From positions 64,001 through 128,000 of the forward strand of contig CAXXXF010000007.1 in NCBI GenBank assembly GCA_963667175.2: 64,000 nucleotides of DNA, in the 5' to 3' direction. Both the position numbers and the translations under genes were made by a program. Shown here piece by piece: positions 18,605 to 28,668 of the stretch; position 1 is the first letter of the stretch; every line of letters begins with the position of its first letter. The DNA comes from Candidatus Latescibacterota bacterium (GTDB lineage: Bacteria; Latescibacterota; UBA2968; GCA-2709665). Under the pieces are notes generated by a model. It did no database searches, had not been told where the DNA came from, and saw only the letters and a list, made by a program, of their open reading frames with translations.

Positions 18605-18741
18605 GATAAAGTCTCCGTACGAAAGAGCGGTCGGCAGGCCCTATGACACGCCCTGCCGACCGCGAGCGTTACGCCCCGGAAACCGGCCGCCAGGCGGCGA
18701 TCCGTATCCGGCGCGGAAACCGTGTGGGAAACGTCCGGTAC

Positions 18742-19740
18742 CTATTCGGCAAAAGCCGCGTCGAATGCCACGGCGGACGGTTCGAAATCCACGCTGTTTA
18801 CGAAGGCGCAAGCCTCGGCGGCCCCGTGTTCCCGGTCCATTCCGGAATCTTCCCACTCTACGGAAAGGGGCCCGCCGTAGCCAATGTCGTTCAACGCGCG
18901 GATGATTTCTTCAAAGTCCACGCTGCCGCGGCCCAGGGATCGGAAATCCCACGAACGATCGGGGTCGCCGAACTCGGTGTGCCCGCCGAATACTCCCGCT
19001 CGCGTGGGCAGAGGCGAAAGATACGCGTCTTTCATGTGCACATGGTAGATGCGATCACTGAATTCCCGGATGAACGCCACGTAATCCACGTTCTGATAGA
19101 CCAGATGGCTGGGATCGTAGTTGAATCCGAACTCGCTTCTTCCTCCCAGCGCCTGTACCGCCCGCGCGGCGGATGAGACATCGAAGGCGATTTCCGTGGG
19201 ATGCACTTCCAGGGCAAACCGTACGTCGTTCTTTTCGAATGCGTCGAGAATGGGATTCCATCGATCCGCGAAATCCCTGAATCCCGCATCGATCGCATCG
19301 GGACCCACCGGAGGGAACGAATAGAGCAAGTGCCAGATGGACGACCCGGTGAAGCCGTTGACCACGCGCACCCCGAGCGCCCTCGCTGCCTCGGCCGCCG
19401 TCATCATATCCTCGGCCGCCCGCCTTTTCACGTCGTCCGGATTCCCGTTCCCCCACACGTGCGGCGGCAGAATCGCCTGGTGGCGTTCGTCGATATTGTC
19501 GCATACCGCCTGCCCGCTGAGATGATTGCTGATCGCCCAGAATTTCAGTCCGTGCTTTTCCAGTATTTCGTGCCGGCTCCGGCAATATCCATCGCTGGAG
19601 GCCGCCTCACGGACGTCGAGATGGTCTCCCCAGCAGGCCAGCTCCAGACCGTCGTATCCGAATTCGGCCGCTTTCTCCGCCATCACCTCCAGGGGGAGGT
19701 CCGCCCACTGACCGCTAAACAATGTACAGGGCCTTGCCAT
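18742..19740 (-). CDS. Sugar-phosphate isomerase/epimerase-like TIM barrel (AP_endonuc_2)
   Basis: [32 protein letters not shown] and SVEWED metal-site motifs. Confidence 0.9.
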   Translation of the reverse strand: MARPCTLFSGQWADLPLEVMAEKAAEFGYDGLELACWGDHLDVREAASSDGYCRSRHEILEKHGLKFWAISNHLSGQAVCDNIDERHQAILPPHVWGNGNPDDVKRRAAEDMMTAAEAARALGVRVVNGFTGSSIWHLLYSFPPVGPDAIDAGFRDFADRWNPILDAFEKNDVRFALEVHPTEIAFDVSSAARAVQALGGRSEFGFNYDPSHLVYQNVDYVAFIREFSDRIYHVHMKDAYLSPLPTRAGVFGGHTEFGDPDRSWDFRSLGRGSVDFEEIIRALNDIGYGGPLSVEWEDSGMDREHGAAEACAFVNSVDFEPSAVAFDAAFAE

Positions 19741-19809
19741 AACCGTAACTCCTTCCAGATGCTCCCAGCCCCCGCCTGCGATTCAATGCGTCCAGGCGGA
19801 CGGAGCAGG

Positions 19810-20973
19810 TTACACTTCCGGGACGTCCCGCCACCGGTCCGATCGCGCCGAGTCGCTCGCCGCTTCCAGCACGGCCTGGACCCGTGCGCCTTCCCTGAAA
19901 TTCGGCGACGCCTCCCGGTCGTCGGCGATCGCATCGAAAAAGTCCTTGACCTCATGGACAAACGTATGCTCCCACCCGATGATATGGCCCGGCGGCCACC
20001 AGGCCGAGATGTACGGATGCTCGCCTTCGTTCACGATGATTTCACGGAATCCCTGGATATGCCCCTCGTCCTCCCGGGAATAGAACTGCAGCTCGTTCAT
20101 CTTTTCCAGGTTGAACGCCAGGCTGCCTTTGCTTCCATTGATTTCAAACCGGTTGTGGTTGCGCCTGCCGGCCGCAAACCGGGTGGCTTCGAACGACCCC
20201 AGCGCGCCGTTCCGGAATCGCGCCAGGAACAGGGTTGCATCGTCCACGGTAACGGTTCCCATGCGTTCGGACGTGCTTCCCGTGGCGCCCAGTGAAGCAT
20301 CGATGGACTCCGCCAGCGGGCGTTTCCTGATAAACGTGGTGTCGGCCCCGACGACGGAATCGATATCGCCCACCAGATGCAGCGCCAGATCGACGATATG
20401 CGCATTCAAATCTCCGTGCGGCCCTGAACCCGCCTTGTCCTTCTCGAATCGCCACACCATCGGGAAGTCGGGATCGATGATCCAGTCCTGCAGATACACC
20501 GCCCGCCAGTGGTAAATCTGCCCGATTCTTCCCTCCTCGATCAACTGTCTTGCAAGGGCCACGGCCGGCACGCGCCGGTAGTTGTACGCGACCATGGTCT
20601 TCCCGAGGGAGTTTTCGGCGGCCTTCAGCATGGCCCTGGCCTCGTCCAGGTTATTCGCAAGCGGCTTCTCGCAGATGACGTGCTTCCCGGCCTCCAGGGC
20701 GGCGATCGCCATCGGCATGTGCAGGTTTCCGGGCGTGCAGATATCGATCACGTCGACGTCGTCGCGGGCGACCACGTCCTCCCAGTTCGTATGGTACTCC
20801 TCCCAGTCGAACGTGCGCGCCGCTTCAGCTACGTTCTCCCGGTTGGAACCGCAAATCACCTTCATCACCGGCTCGACGCCCGTATCCGGGAAAAACATCG
20901 GGACCTTCCGGAACGCGTTGCTGTGCGCCTTGCCCATGAACGAATATCCCAGAAGGCCGATATTCAGTTTCAT
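19810..20973 (-). CDS. Gfo/Idh/MocA oxidoreductase (levoglucosan dehydrogenase-like)
   Basis: GYSFMGKAH, CEKPLA, YLQDW and GDLNAHIVD motifs. Confidence 0.92.
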   Translation of the reverse strand: MKLNIGLLGYSFMGKAHSNAFRKVPMFFPDTGVEPVMKVICGSNRENVAEAARTFDWEEYHTNWEDVVARDDVDVIDICTPGNLHMPMAIAALEAGKHVICEKPLANNLDEARAMLKAAENSLGKTMVAYNYRRVPAVALARQLIEEGRIGQIYHWRAVYLQDWIIDPDFPMVWRFEKDKAGSGPHGDLNAHIVDLALHLVGDIDSVVGADTTFIRKRPLAESIDASLGATGSTSERMGTVTVDDATLFLARFRNGALGSFEATRFAAGRRNHNRFEINGSKGSLAFNLEKMNELQFYSREDEGHIQGFREIIVNEGEHPYISAWWPPGHIIGWEHTFVHEVKDFFDAIADDREASPNFREGARVQAVLEAASDSARSDRWRDVPEV

Positions 20974-21155
20974 AGATTCCCCCTTGTACAATTCCGTGTT
21001 CGAATCCGCATCGGCGCCCTGTCCCGAACATACCCCGCCAATCTACCGACGATGCAGGCAACCTGTTACCCGTACGGCACGTCGCAAACCGCATCAATAT
21101 ATGATTCTGCATCAACGTGTCAACGGCTATCCGAATTCGCAACGATGACCCTTAC

Positions 21156-22457
21156 TTATTCGGTCTTATGCCCGATACAATACAAGTGCGTCGCCGTCCG
21201 TATAAAGAGCCTGGACCCTGCGGACACGGGCGATGAAAGCGTGTAGGTATCGTCCAGTTCATTGGTCGCCAGGACCTTGAACTCGGGACCGGCGGCCAGC
21301 ACGGTCGTCACGGCGTATTCGTTCAGCAGAAACAGCTTGCCGTCGGCGAGATGAGGCGACGCGCTCACGATGCCCTGCGCCGTCCTCTCAGGTCCCCAGA
21401 CGACGGCGCCGGTCTTCGCGTCGAGACATGTCGCCAGACCGCGGTCATCCACCATGTAAAAGTACTTCCCGTCACAGACCGGCGTGGGCACATCCGGCGC
21501 GCCTGCGCCTTCCCACTTCCACTTCACGTTCCGTGACACGTCTCCAACCCCGCCGGCAGCCAGGGCCAGCAGGGGACGCCGCCGGGTCGGCGCGTAAATC
21601 ATCCCGTCAACCACCACGGGCGACGCCACGATCCGATAGTTGCCCCGGCGCTCGGGATTCAATCCGTATGCCCGCCAGGCTTCACGTCCCGTCAACGGAT
21701 CGTGCCCCGTCACGCAATCCCCGCCCGTAATGACAATCTGCGTCCTGCCGTCGTGCTCCAGCAGCGCGGGGGTGGTGTACGAGTCGGGAGACTCCCGCAC
21801 CGCGTCGGTCGCGCGCGCTTCGCGCCAGACTTCCCTTCCGCTTGCGGCGTCCAGCGCGACGATATACGAGGGATCATCCGTGTAAGATCCGTGGAGCACC
21901 TGCAGGACAAGCTTGCCGTCAACCAGGATCGGCGAAGACGCATACCCGAAATTCAGACCGAAATCTCCGTAGTCCTTTTGAATATCGCGCGTCCAGATAG
22001 GCTTTCCGCCCATATTGAGGCACGTCACCACACCGTTTCCGGTGACCACCCACACGTGCGCGCCATCGGTAACCGGCGAGGGGGACGTGCTGTTGTGTTT
22101 GCGCCACAATACATTGCCGTCGCCCAGTTTGTGCCGCCATTGCTCACTGCCGTCTTTGCTCGAAAGACACAGGATGTATATCTCGGGCCCGCCAGGTTCC
22201 CGTTCCTCCGGCTTTTGGGCGGGAGACGGAGACGTCAGGAATATGCGGTCTTCCCATATAACGGGTGTGCTGCCGCTCCACGAAGGCAATTCAGCCTTCC
22301 AGACGATATTCTCTTCAAGGCTCCATGACGTGGGGAGATTCCGGGCGGAACTCACCCCGCTCTGCCGCGGCCCCCGCCACTCCGGCCAGTTATCGGCGTA
22401 AACACCGAGCGGAAAGAGCGCAAGCAAAATAACCGGGCGTGCAATGTGACCGACCAT
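21156..22457 (-). CDS. Secreted PQQ-like beta-propeller repeat protein
   Basis: Signal peptide; NWPEWRGP, repeated A/CLD-xxG-xxW blades and SSP motifs. Confidence 0.88.
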   Translation of the reverse strand: MVGHIARPVILLALFPLGVYADNWPEWRGPRQSGVSSARNLPTSWSLEENIVWKAELPSWSGSTPVIWEDRIFLTSPSPAQKPEEREPGGPEIYILCLSSKDGSEQWRHKLGDGNVLWRKHNSTSPSPVTDGAHVWVVTGNGVVTCLNMGGKPIWTRDIQKDYGDFGLNFGYASSPILVDGKLVLQVLHGSYTDDPSYIVALDAASGREVWREARATDAVRESPDSYTTPALLEHDGRTQIVITGGDCVTGHDPLTGREAWRAYGLNPERRGNYRIVASPVVVDGMIYAPTRRRPLLALAAGGVGDVSRNVKWKWEGAGAPDVPTPVCDGKYFYMVDDRGLATCLDAKTGAVVWGPERTAQGIVSASPHLADGKLFLLNEYAVTTVLAAGPEFKVLATNELDDTYTLSSPVSAGSRLFIRTATHLYCIGHKTE

Positions 22458-22616
22458 GTCGATTCCTCCCATTTGGCGTCACTTTGACCTTGATTTTCAT
22501 CCAATTTGACGGATATTGCCTGATAAATGTCTCTTCGTTTGCGCAGGCGCCGCTGCCGGACGGGATGAGCCTTCCGGCAGCGGATTTCGGATACTCCATC
22601 ACCGAAAGGAAGTTCC

Positions 22617-23195
22617 ATGCAGCTTTTCGACGGCAGAACCCTTAACGGCTGGGCCGCCACAGGCAATCCCGATGGCTGGACGGTAGATCAAGGGTGTATC
22701 TTCTGCACCGCGGAAAAGGGGGAATACCTGGTTTATACGGACGACCAATTCAGGGATTTCGAGCTTACGCTGGAGTACAAGCACCCGCCCGGGGCCAACA
22801 GCGGCGTGTTCTTCCGATGGACCGATCTGGACGACCCCGTGCAGACCGGCATAGAAATCCAGATCCTGGATACGCACGGACGGGAACCCGCAACCAGGAA
22901 ATGCTGCGGCGCGGTCTATGACGTGAAGGCCCCCACGCACAACGCCTGCAAACCCGCCGGCGATTGGAATGAAATGGGAATTTACGCCGTGGACAACGAC
23001 ATCCGGGTCACTTTGAACGGCAAGGACGTCACCGAAATGGATCTGAGCGGCTGGATCACACCGGGCCGGAACCCGGACGGCACGCCCAACAAGTTCAATC
23101 GCGCGTATTGCGAAATGACCGAAACCGGGCACCTCGGCCTTCAGGACCACAACAGCCGGATCTGGTTCCGCAACATCGAAATCGAAAAACGCTGA
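22617..23195 (+). CDS. DUF1080 (3-keto-disaccharide hydrolase family) protein
   Basis: LFDGRTLNGW, NSGVFFR, EIQILD, GHLGLQDH and FRNI motifs. Confidence 0.92.
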   Translation: MQLFDGRTLNGWAATGNPDGWTVDQGCIFCTAEKGEYLVYTDDQFRDFELTLEYKHPPGANSGVFFRWTDLDDPVQTGIEIQILDTHGREPATRKCCGAVYDVKAPTHNACKPAGDWNEMGIYAVDNDIRVTLNGKDVTEMDLSGWITPGRNPDGTPNKFNRAYCEMTETGHLGLQDHNSRIWFRNIEIEKR

Positions 23196-23212
23196 CACGC
23201 GACATCCAAACA

Positions 23213-23246
23213 GAAAGCCCACCCGGTCCTCAGCAGGTGGGCTTCT
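23213..23246. terminator. Hairpin between convergent genes (probable bidirectional terminator)
   Basis: aagcccacc/ggtgggctt inverted repeat. Confidence 0.55.
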
Positions 23247-23274
23247 AAACTTCATTGAGCAGTCAACGAGCAAG

Positions 23275-26200
23275 CTATTCTGCAACATCAATGATGGCGA
23301 TACCCACCACAATACTCACGCGCCCGCCCTTCTCACCGCTCACGCGCACGATTGGAGAATACCAGTTTCTCTCCTCAAAATTATACGTCCCTTTCGTCTC
23401 AAGCTGCCCTGTGCTCGCGTCAATCGCAAAATAACCAGCATCGACGCCCCACAGACTATACGTGAGAGGTTCACCATCTGCACTGGTCGCTGAGATCGGT
23501 TCGCCTATGGGCGGTCCCGATGGCGTGTTCTCCTCTATGAAGCGCGTTACAGGAGGTGCAGACGTGAAAACTGGCACCCGGGGCACTACCTTGCCAAAGT
23601 GAAGGACAAAGATCAGAAAATCGGGAAACCCTATCTCGTCATTCCTATCCAGATCGTATCTTGCCTCGTATCGCTCTTGACCCGCTTTCAATCCGAACAC
23701 ATCCACAAAGAGCAAAAAGTCAGGGGTATCTACTGTCCCGTTGCCGTTAAAATCGGGAGAAGGATCGCTGCTCGATAACCCAAGAGAAGACCCCTGTAAA
23801 GCAACGCTGAGAAACAACGGTATGGTGTCAGACTCTTCTCCGCGCAATAGCTCAACCTGCGCCATCCGTATCTCGGTCTCTGAAAGCGCATCCGTGGCGC
23901 GAAAGCGAATTGTGCCCACAAGACCACTATCGACCCTTGCCACGCTATCAGGTAACGTCATCCCGACGTTTGCCAAATCCTGGCCAGCAAGCGCAGAGGC
24001 GCCAGACAAAACGGGCCCCCTCCTGAATCTCTCGTAGGCCACCTGAGTTGCATCGTATTCAAAGCGCACGGAAAGATCGTCTACGGGAATCGCTTTAAGA
24101 CTTCTCCCAAAAATCTGTATAGAAACAAGGCTGTCAGGAGCAACCGAGAGAAAGGACATGAACTGATCATCATCTGAATCATCCACGTCCAGAGAAAGAG
24201 AAAATCGGTCACTCGCAATGAGCGTGCTGGTACGCACCGTGCCCAATTCCGACCAATCGCCATCACCTGCAGAATTGCTCGCCCGCACCTGTATTTCGTA
24301 TACCGTATTGGGATTCAGTCCTGAGATAATCGTCCTGGTCCCGGTCACGTCCTGCGGACCGTCGATAAAGTCTGTGGCGCCGCTCTGTCGATAGCGCAGG
24401 TCATAGCTTGAGACGACCGAACCGGTTGGAGGCGCCCAGTTCACGGCCATACTGGTTGCCAATGCCCTCGTCACCGTGGGCGCAGAGAGCGATGATGATG
24501 GCGCAGGTTCATCGTTGTCCTCAACAGTCACGCTCGCCGAGGACGAACTGCCCACCGTATAGCCTGTTCCAGCCGCCACTTCCGCGGTTACCTCACCATT
24601 GGACTCATCGGCCTGATCATCGTCCGTTGCTACTGTCAACGTGGCGCTGGACTCGTCAGCGTTAATTGTCACGCTCGAAGGCGGTGTCCCACTCATGACG
24701 TTTCCGGTCTCGCTGACGTCTACATTCACCGTCAGTGAGGTTGTCGGCGCAGGATTCGCTGTGATCGTAAACGTTGCAGCCGTCCCTTCAGTCACAGGCG
24801 AAGTACCCGCAGAGATGGTCACCTGTGGGGTTGTCGGTGGCGGTGGCGCAGGATCATCGTTGTCCTCAACAGTCACGCTCGCCGAGGATGAACTGCCCAC
24901 CGTATAGCCTGTTCCAGTCGCCACTTCCGCGGTTACCTCACCATTGGACTCATCGGCCTGATCATCGTCCGTTGCTACTGTCAACGTGGCACTGGACTGG
25001 TCAGCGTTAATTGTCACGCTCGAAGGCGGTCTCCCACTCATGACGTTGCCGGTCCCGCTGACGTCTACATTTACCGTCAGTGAGGTTGTCGGTGCAGGAT
25101 TCGCTGTAATTGTAAAGGTTGCAGGCGTCCCTTCAGTCACAGGCGAAGTACCCGCAGAGATGGTCACCTGTGGGGTTGTCGGTGGCGCAGGATCATCGTT
25201 GTCCTGAACAGTCACGCTCGCCGAAGATGAACTGCCCACCGTATAGCCTGTTCCAGTCGCCACTTCCGCTGTCACCACGCCATTGGACTCATCGGCTTGA
25301 TCATCGTCCGTGGCTACTGTCAACGTGGCGCTGGAGTCGTCAGCGCTGATGGTCACGCTCGAAGGCGGTATCCCACTCATGACGTTGCCAGTCTCGCTGA
25401 CGTCTACATTCACCGCCAGAGAAGTTGTCGGTGCAGGATTCGCTGTAATCGCAAAGGTTGCGGCTGTCCCTTCAGTCACAGGCGAAGTGCCCGCCGAGAT
25501 CGTCACTTGCGGGGTTGGTGGTGGCTCCGCGTACTCGCCGCTGGCGGTTGCCGCCACGTTGCCGTTGCCATCGACATCGTGCGCCACGTCCGCCGCAACC
25601 GCGAGGCTGTAGTCCGCGCTGGGCGTGACCACCAGCGTCCAGACCCTGCTGGAGGTCACCTCGGCAAACGTTCCCTTTGTTCCGCCGGTGACGGTGACGT
25701 CCGCCGCCTCGAAACCGCTCACCGTCTCGTCGAAGGTGAAGGTCGCGGTGAACGTGCTGGTCGTGCGCTGTGGCACGCCTGTAATCGTCACCTCCGGCTT
25801 CGGGTTGTCCGGGTTGTCCAGGACGAACGTGTTGTCGTTCTGGCCGAGCGGGCCGGGATTCGTCATTTCTTCGCCGTCGCCGATGCAGCCCCAGATGTCC
25901 GGCTTTTCCAGGGGGTTATGGCCGTCGAAGTCCAAACCGTCCTTGACGATGACGTTGGGTTCGATCGTCACCGTACCGTTCAGATCCGCGAGGTCCCCGC
26001 CGGACAGCGTCGCATGCCATACTTCGCTGCACTTCTCCTCGTCCAACGCAAGGGGCGTCAACGTAAGCGTCGCCGTCGTGCCCGACACCTTGAAGTCGGT
26101 CGGATCCACGTTCTTCGTGTGGTGAGTCGCACTCGCAACCGGCTCGGAGAAGGTGATCTTCCATGTGAGCACATCGGCGTTCGTATGCTCGCTGGTCGGA

Positions 26201-26433
26201 GTTTCCCGCGAGATTGCCTGAATGTTCGGCGAGGCCTGAGCGACAGTCGCCGCGGTCATCACGAACAGGACTGCGGCAAGAGCATACGCTACAAGCCGGG
26301 CGGCGCGATGAATCAGTTGGGAATGAGCACGAACCCCGGCGCTTGGAGGTCCCTTTCCGCTGCAGTTACTACCAGCCATGGCGCCCTGGACCTGATCAGT
26401 GTGTTTTTTCATCTCTGAACCGGACTCATTCAT
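23275..26433 (-). CDS. Large secreted/surface protein: Ig-like, 3x Calx-beta-like, FN3, cohesin-like, EF-hand/dockerin-like and cadherin-like domains
   Basis: Signal-like segment ending AQA; three VTEG...ATDDD...YTVG...VEDND repeats; YDLRYR/YEIQVRA (FN3); DFNGNGTVDTPDF...YDLDRNDEIGFPDF; EN...IGEPISA...LTYSL...FAIDASTGQL; start uncertain. Confidence 0.85.
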   Translation of the reverse strand: MNESGSEMKKHTDQVQGAMAGSNCSGKGPPSAGVRAHSQLIHRAARLVAYALAAVLFVMTAATVAQASPNIQAISRETPTSEHTNADVLTWKITFSEPVASATHHTKNVDPTDFKVSGTTATLTLTPLALDEEKCSEVWHATLSGGDLADLNGTVTIEPNVIVKDGLDFDGHNPLEKPDIWGCIGDGEEMTNPGPLGQNDNTFVLDNPDNPKPEVTITGVPQRTTSTFTATFTFDETVSGFEAADVTVTGGTKGTFAEVTSSRVWTLVVTPSADYSLAVAADVAHDVDGNGNVAATASGEYAEPPPTPQVTISAGTSPVTEGTAATFAITANPAPTTSLAVNVDVSETGNVMSGIPPSSVTISADDSSATLTVATDDDQADESNGVVTAEVATGTGYTVGSSSSASVTVQDNDDPAPPTTPQVTISAGTSPVTEGTPATFTITANPAPTTSLTVNVDVSGTGNVMSGRPPSSVTINADQSSATLTVATDDDQADESNGEVTAEVATGTGYTVGSSSSASVTVEDNDDPAPPPPTTPQVTISAGTSPVTEGTAATFTITANPAPTTSLTVNVDVSETGNVMSGTPPSSVTINADESSATLTVATDDDQADESNGEVTAEVAAGTGYTVGSSSSASVTVEDNDEPAPSSSLSAPTVTRALATSMAVNWAPPTGSVVSSYDLRYRQSGATDFIDGPQDVTGTRTIISGLNPNTVYEIQVRASNSAGDGDWSELGTVRTSTLIASDRFSLSLDVDDSDDDQFMSFLSVAPDSLVSIQIFGRSLKAIPVDDLSVRFEYDATQVAYERFRRGPVLSGASALAGQDLANVGMTLPDSVARVDSGLVGTIRFRATDALSETEIRMAQVELLRGEESDTIPLFLSVALQGSSLGLSSSDPSPDFNGNGTVDTPDFLLFVDVFGLKAGQERYEARYDLDRNDEIGFPDFLIFVLHFGKVVPRVPVFTSAPPVTRFIEENTPSGPPIGEPISATSADGEPLTYSLWGVDAGYFAIDASTGQLETKGTYNFEERNWYSPIVRVSGEKGGRVSIVVGIAIIDVAE
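24500..25516 (-). repeat. Three near-identical intragenic tandem repeats of about 340 bp
   Basis: The gcgcagg(a/t)tcatcgttgtcc anchor recurs near 24501, 24846 and 25185. Confidence 0.92.
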
Positions 26434-26627
26434 GAAACGGGTCGGAACAGTGTTTTTGTAAAAGGAAGGTGTTCTGTAGAAGGGAAAGCAGTAGAATGAG
26501 GTGTTGATGACGCGATGATGAGTGAGCTTTGGTGTTCCGTCAGCAAGGTAATCAACCCATCAGAACCCGTGTGGCATTCGCCACCACATGGAGTGCGACT
26601 CTCTCGCGGGAAGTCCACCTCATCCAT

Positions 26628-27046
26628 TCACGAAAGGCTACGCAGATAGTCTGAGAAGAACCCCAGCTCAGGTTGTTCCGGTAACCCAACGACCATCGCT
26701 CTGTCCAGCAGGCGGTTTCCCTCCTCACAGGAAGTTTCAGGCAGGAGAGCACACGCATGACAGGCGCCCAAATTACACGAATCAGGACCTTGACCACGAC
26801 TCTCTATGCAAGTTGGATCGGAAGAACACCAGCGCGCAGTCCGAAGAGCACGGATCAAAACTCGTTCAAGCCTGCCCCTTTCTCCCTGTCGTACAAGACC
26901 GCCCAACGTCCCTTCAGAGTCTCCGGATGCTGTGTAAATCAGCACCCCACTCATTGGATGGGAATGATCTTCTTCATCGCAGTAGATACGTTCACGAAGT
27001 GATGCGCTGCCATAGCCACACTCAAAACAAAGCTGGTTGCGGAACG
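26628..27046 (-). pseudogene. drmB: 3' fragment of DISARM DrmB (DUF1998) gene, cut by IS3
   Basis: ECGYGSASLRERIY, LIYTASGDSEGTLGGL, CSSDPTC and CHACALLPETSCE-N-LLDR motifs; 5' part absent. Confidence 0.85.
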
Positions 27047-27079
27047 TGTCAATAGAAATGAGACACCTCCCGTTGGGGT

Positions 27080-28126
27080 TTAGTGTAGCAGTTGTTGGCA
27101 TTCGATGGTGTTCTGTGGTTGGTTAATCCAGACTTGGTCTGGAACGCGTGGTGGCCGAGGATGCCCTTTAACGAATCGTTCAGGGTGGTTGTGATAGGCC
27201 TGATCCAGCACCGATTGTCTGGCGGCTTGCACCTGCTGTGTGAGCCCATGGTGGACGGTGTCGGGCGTGAGTAAGCCCAGTCCACTGTGCCGGTGTTGCG
27301 TGTTGTACCAGGAAAAGAAGGTCTGTAAATAGGTACGGGCTTCTTGCGGGTTGGTGAAGCGCCCGGGGTATGAAGGCGCGTATTTGAGCGTTTTGAACTG
27401 GCTTTCGGAATACGGGTTGTCATCGGAGACGCGGGGTCGAGCGTAGCTGGCCAGGATGTCGAGGTCCATCAGCAACTGCGAAAACGTCTTGGCTGTCATG
27501 GGTGCGCCGCGGTCCTGGTGCAGCGTCAGTTGTCGGGGTTGAATGCCCTGCTTGTTGCAGGCGTTGGTGATCAGGCGCTTGGCGTATGTGGCGCTTTCTC
27601 TTGTGGCGACCATCCAGGCCACGACATAGCGTGAGAACAGATCCAGTACGACGTAGAGGGGATAGGTTTCCCACTTGCGGGTTCCTGGCAGCCGCGTGAT
27701 ATCCCATGTCCAGACCTGGTTGGGCGCATCCGCCATCAAGCGGGGCGGTTCCAGACGTGGATGACGCCGCTGGTGTCGCCGCTGGGGCACCTCTCCTGCA
27801 TCGTGCAGCAGACGGTACATGGTCCGGATCGAGCAGACATACCGCCCTTCCTCGAGCAGCGCGGCGTAGACTGCCGGTGGCGCCTGGTCTGCGAAGCGGT
27901 CCTCGTGCAGGATGTCCAGCACGGTAGCGCGCTCGTTTTGGGAAAGCGCACGTGGCGACGAGGACCGGGCACCACGAGGCCCGCGTTGGGCTGGCTGACG
28001 CGCACGGTAGACCGATGCCCGCGCCACACCCAGGGCCCGGCACGCGGAAGCCAACCCGACCTTCGGGGCCAGTTGTTCTGCCGCCTGCCTGCCGCGCGGG
28101 GCTCGGCGCAGGCAGGCACGGATCAT
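27080..28126 (-). CDS. IS3 OrfB, DDE transposase
   Basis: WTWDIT, LHQDRG and DNPYSESQFKTLK motifs; ATG overlaps the orfA stop. Confidence 0.92.
   Translation of the reverse strand: MIRACLRRAPRGRQAAEQLAPKVGLASACRALGVARASVYRARQPAQRGPRGARSSSPRALSQNERATVLDILHEDRFADQAPPAVYAALLEEGRYVCSIRTMYRLLHDAGEVPQRRHQRRHPRLEPPRLMADAPNQVWTWDITRLPGTRKWETYPLYVVLDLFSRYVVAWMVATRESATYAKRLITNACNKQGIQPRQLTLHQDRGAPMTAKTFSQLLMDLDILASYARPRVSDDNPYSESQFKTLKYAPSYPGRFTNPQEARTYLQTFFSWYNTQHRHSGLGLLTPDTVHHGLTQQVQAARQSVLDQAYHNHPERFVKGHPRPPRVPDQVWINQPQNTIECQQLLH
28083..28117. repeat. Short palindrome inserted in frame in the IS3 orfB 5' end
   Basis: gcctgcctgc-15 nt-gcaggcaggc; related copies at 51321 and 51387. Confidence 0.7.
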
Positions 28127-28596
28127 ACGTCGTCGTCGCCTGCTGGCGGATTCAGGGGGATGCCCAGGATCTCGGAGGCTTTTTTTTGGATCTCGAGGAT
28201 CGTGTTCGCCTGTTCCAATCGTCGTCGCAAACGGGCGATCTCCTTGCGCAGTTGCTCGTTCTCGACGGATACCTCGTCGCGGCGACCTCCCTTGGGTCCC
28301 CGCAGCTTCGACAGCGCCTTGAGCGACCCCTCTCGACGCGCGCGACGCCACTGCGTCAACTGCGAGGAATACAACCCCTCGCGGCGCAGCAGCGCGCCCA
28401 CTTCACCAGGGGCACGGCACGCATCCGCCGCTTCCAGGATGCGAAGCTTGTACTTTGCCGTGAACCGGCGACGCTTCGCACGCGCCACCACTTCCGGATC
28501 CGGCTTCGTGGTTGTGGAGGTCCCGCGCGGGACCTCCACAACCAGAGACCCTTTGCTGCTGCTGCCGTTGTCTCCAACATCGGTTCTTGACCGCAT
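28123..28596 (-). CDS. IS3 OrfA (HTH) with -1 frameshift site
   Basis: RRRFTAKYKLRIL and LLRREGLYSSQL motifs; A8G slippery run at 28179-28187. Confidence 0.9.
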   Translation of the reverse strand: MRSRTDVGDNGSSSKGSLVVEVPRGTSTTTKPDPEVVARAKRRRFTAKYKLRILEAADACRAPGEVGALLRREGLYSSQLTQWRRARREGSLKALSKLRGPKGGRRDEVSVENEQLRKEIARLRRRLEQANTILEIQKKASEILGIPLNPPAGDDDV

Positions 28597-28668
28597 CTCG
28601 TGCTCTCCTCTCCGCCCATTAATACGACATTAATCTCGAAGGGGGAGTTGTCTCACCCTATATTGGCA

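Larger units (their letters stand above)
27047..28668 (-). mobile_element. IS3-family insertion sequence (about 1.62 kb)
   Basis: Imperfect TIRs TGCCAATATAGGGTGAGACAACTCCC and TGTCAATAGAAATGAGACACCTCCC; orfA/orfB; no 3-5 bp target duplication. Confidence 0.92.

Noticed and set aside
21091-21123. GCATCAA direct repeat over a putative promoter as an operator
   Set aside because: Two 7-mers only and no regulator nearby; insufficient support.
24500-25516. Tandem repeats as CRISPR or DGR template/variable repeats
   Set aside because: In-frame protein domain repeats; no spacers, no cas or reverse transcriptase gene, and no evident adenine-specific variation.
26628-27101. 157-aa ORF as an intact gene
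   Set aside because: Its first codons come from the IS end; only the drmB tail is genuine.
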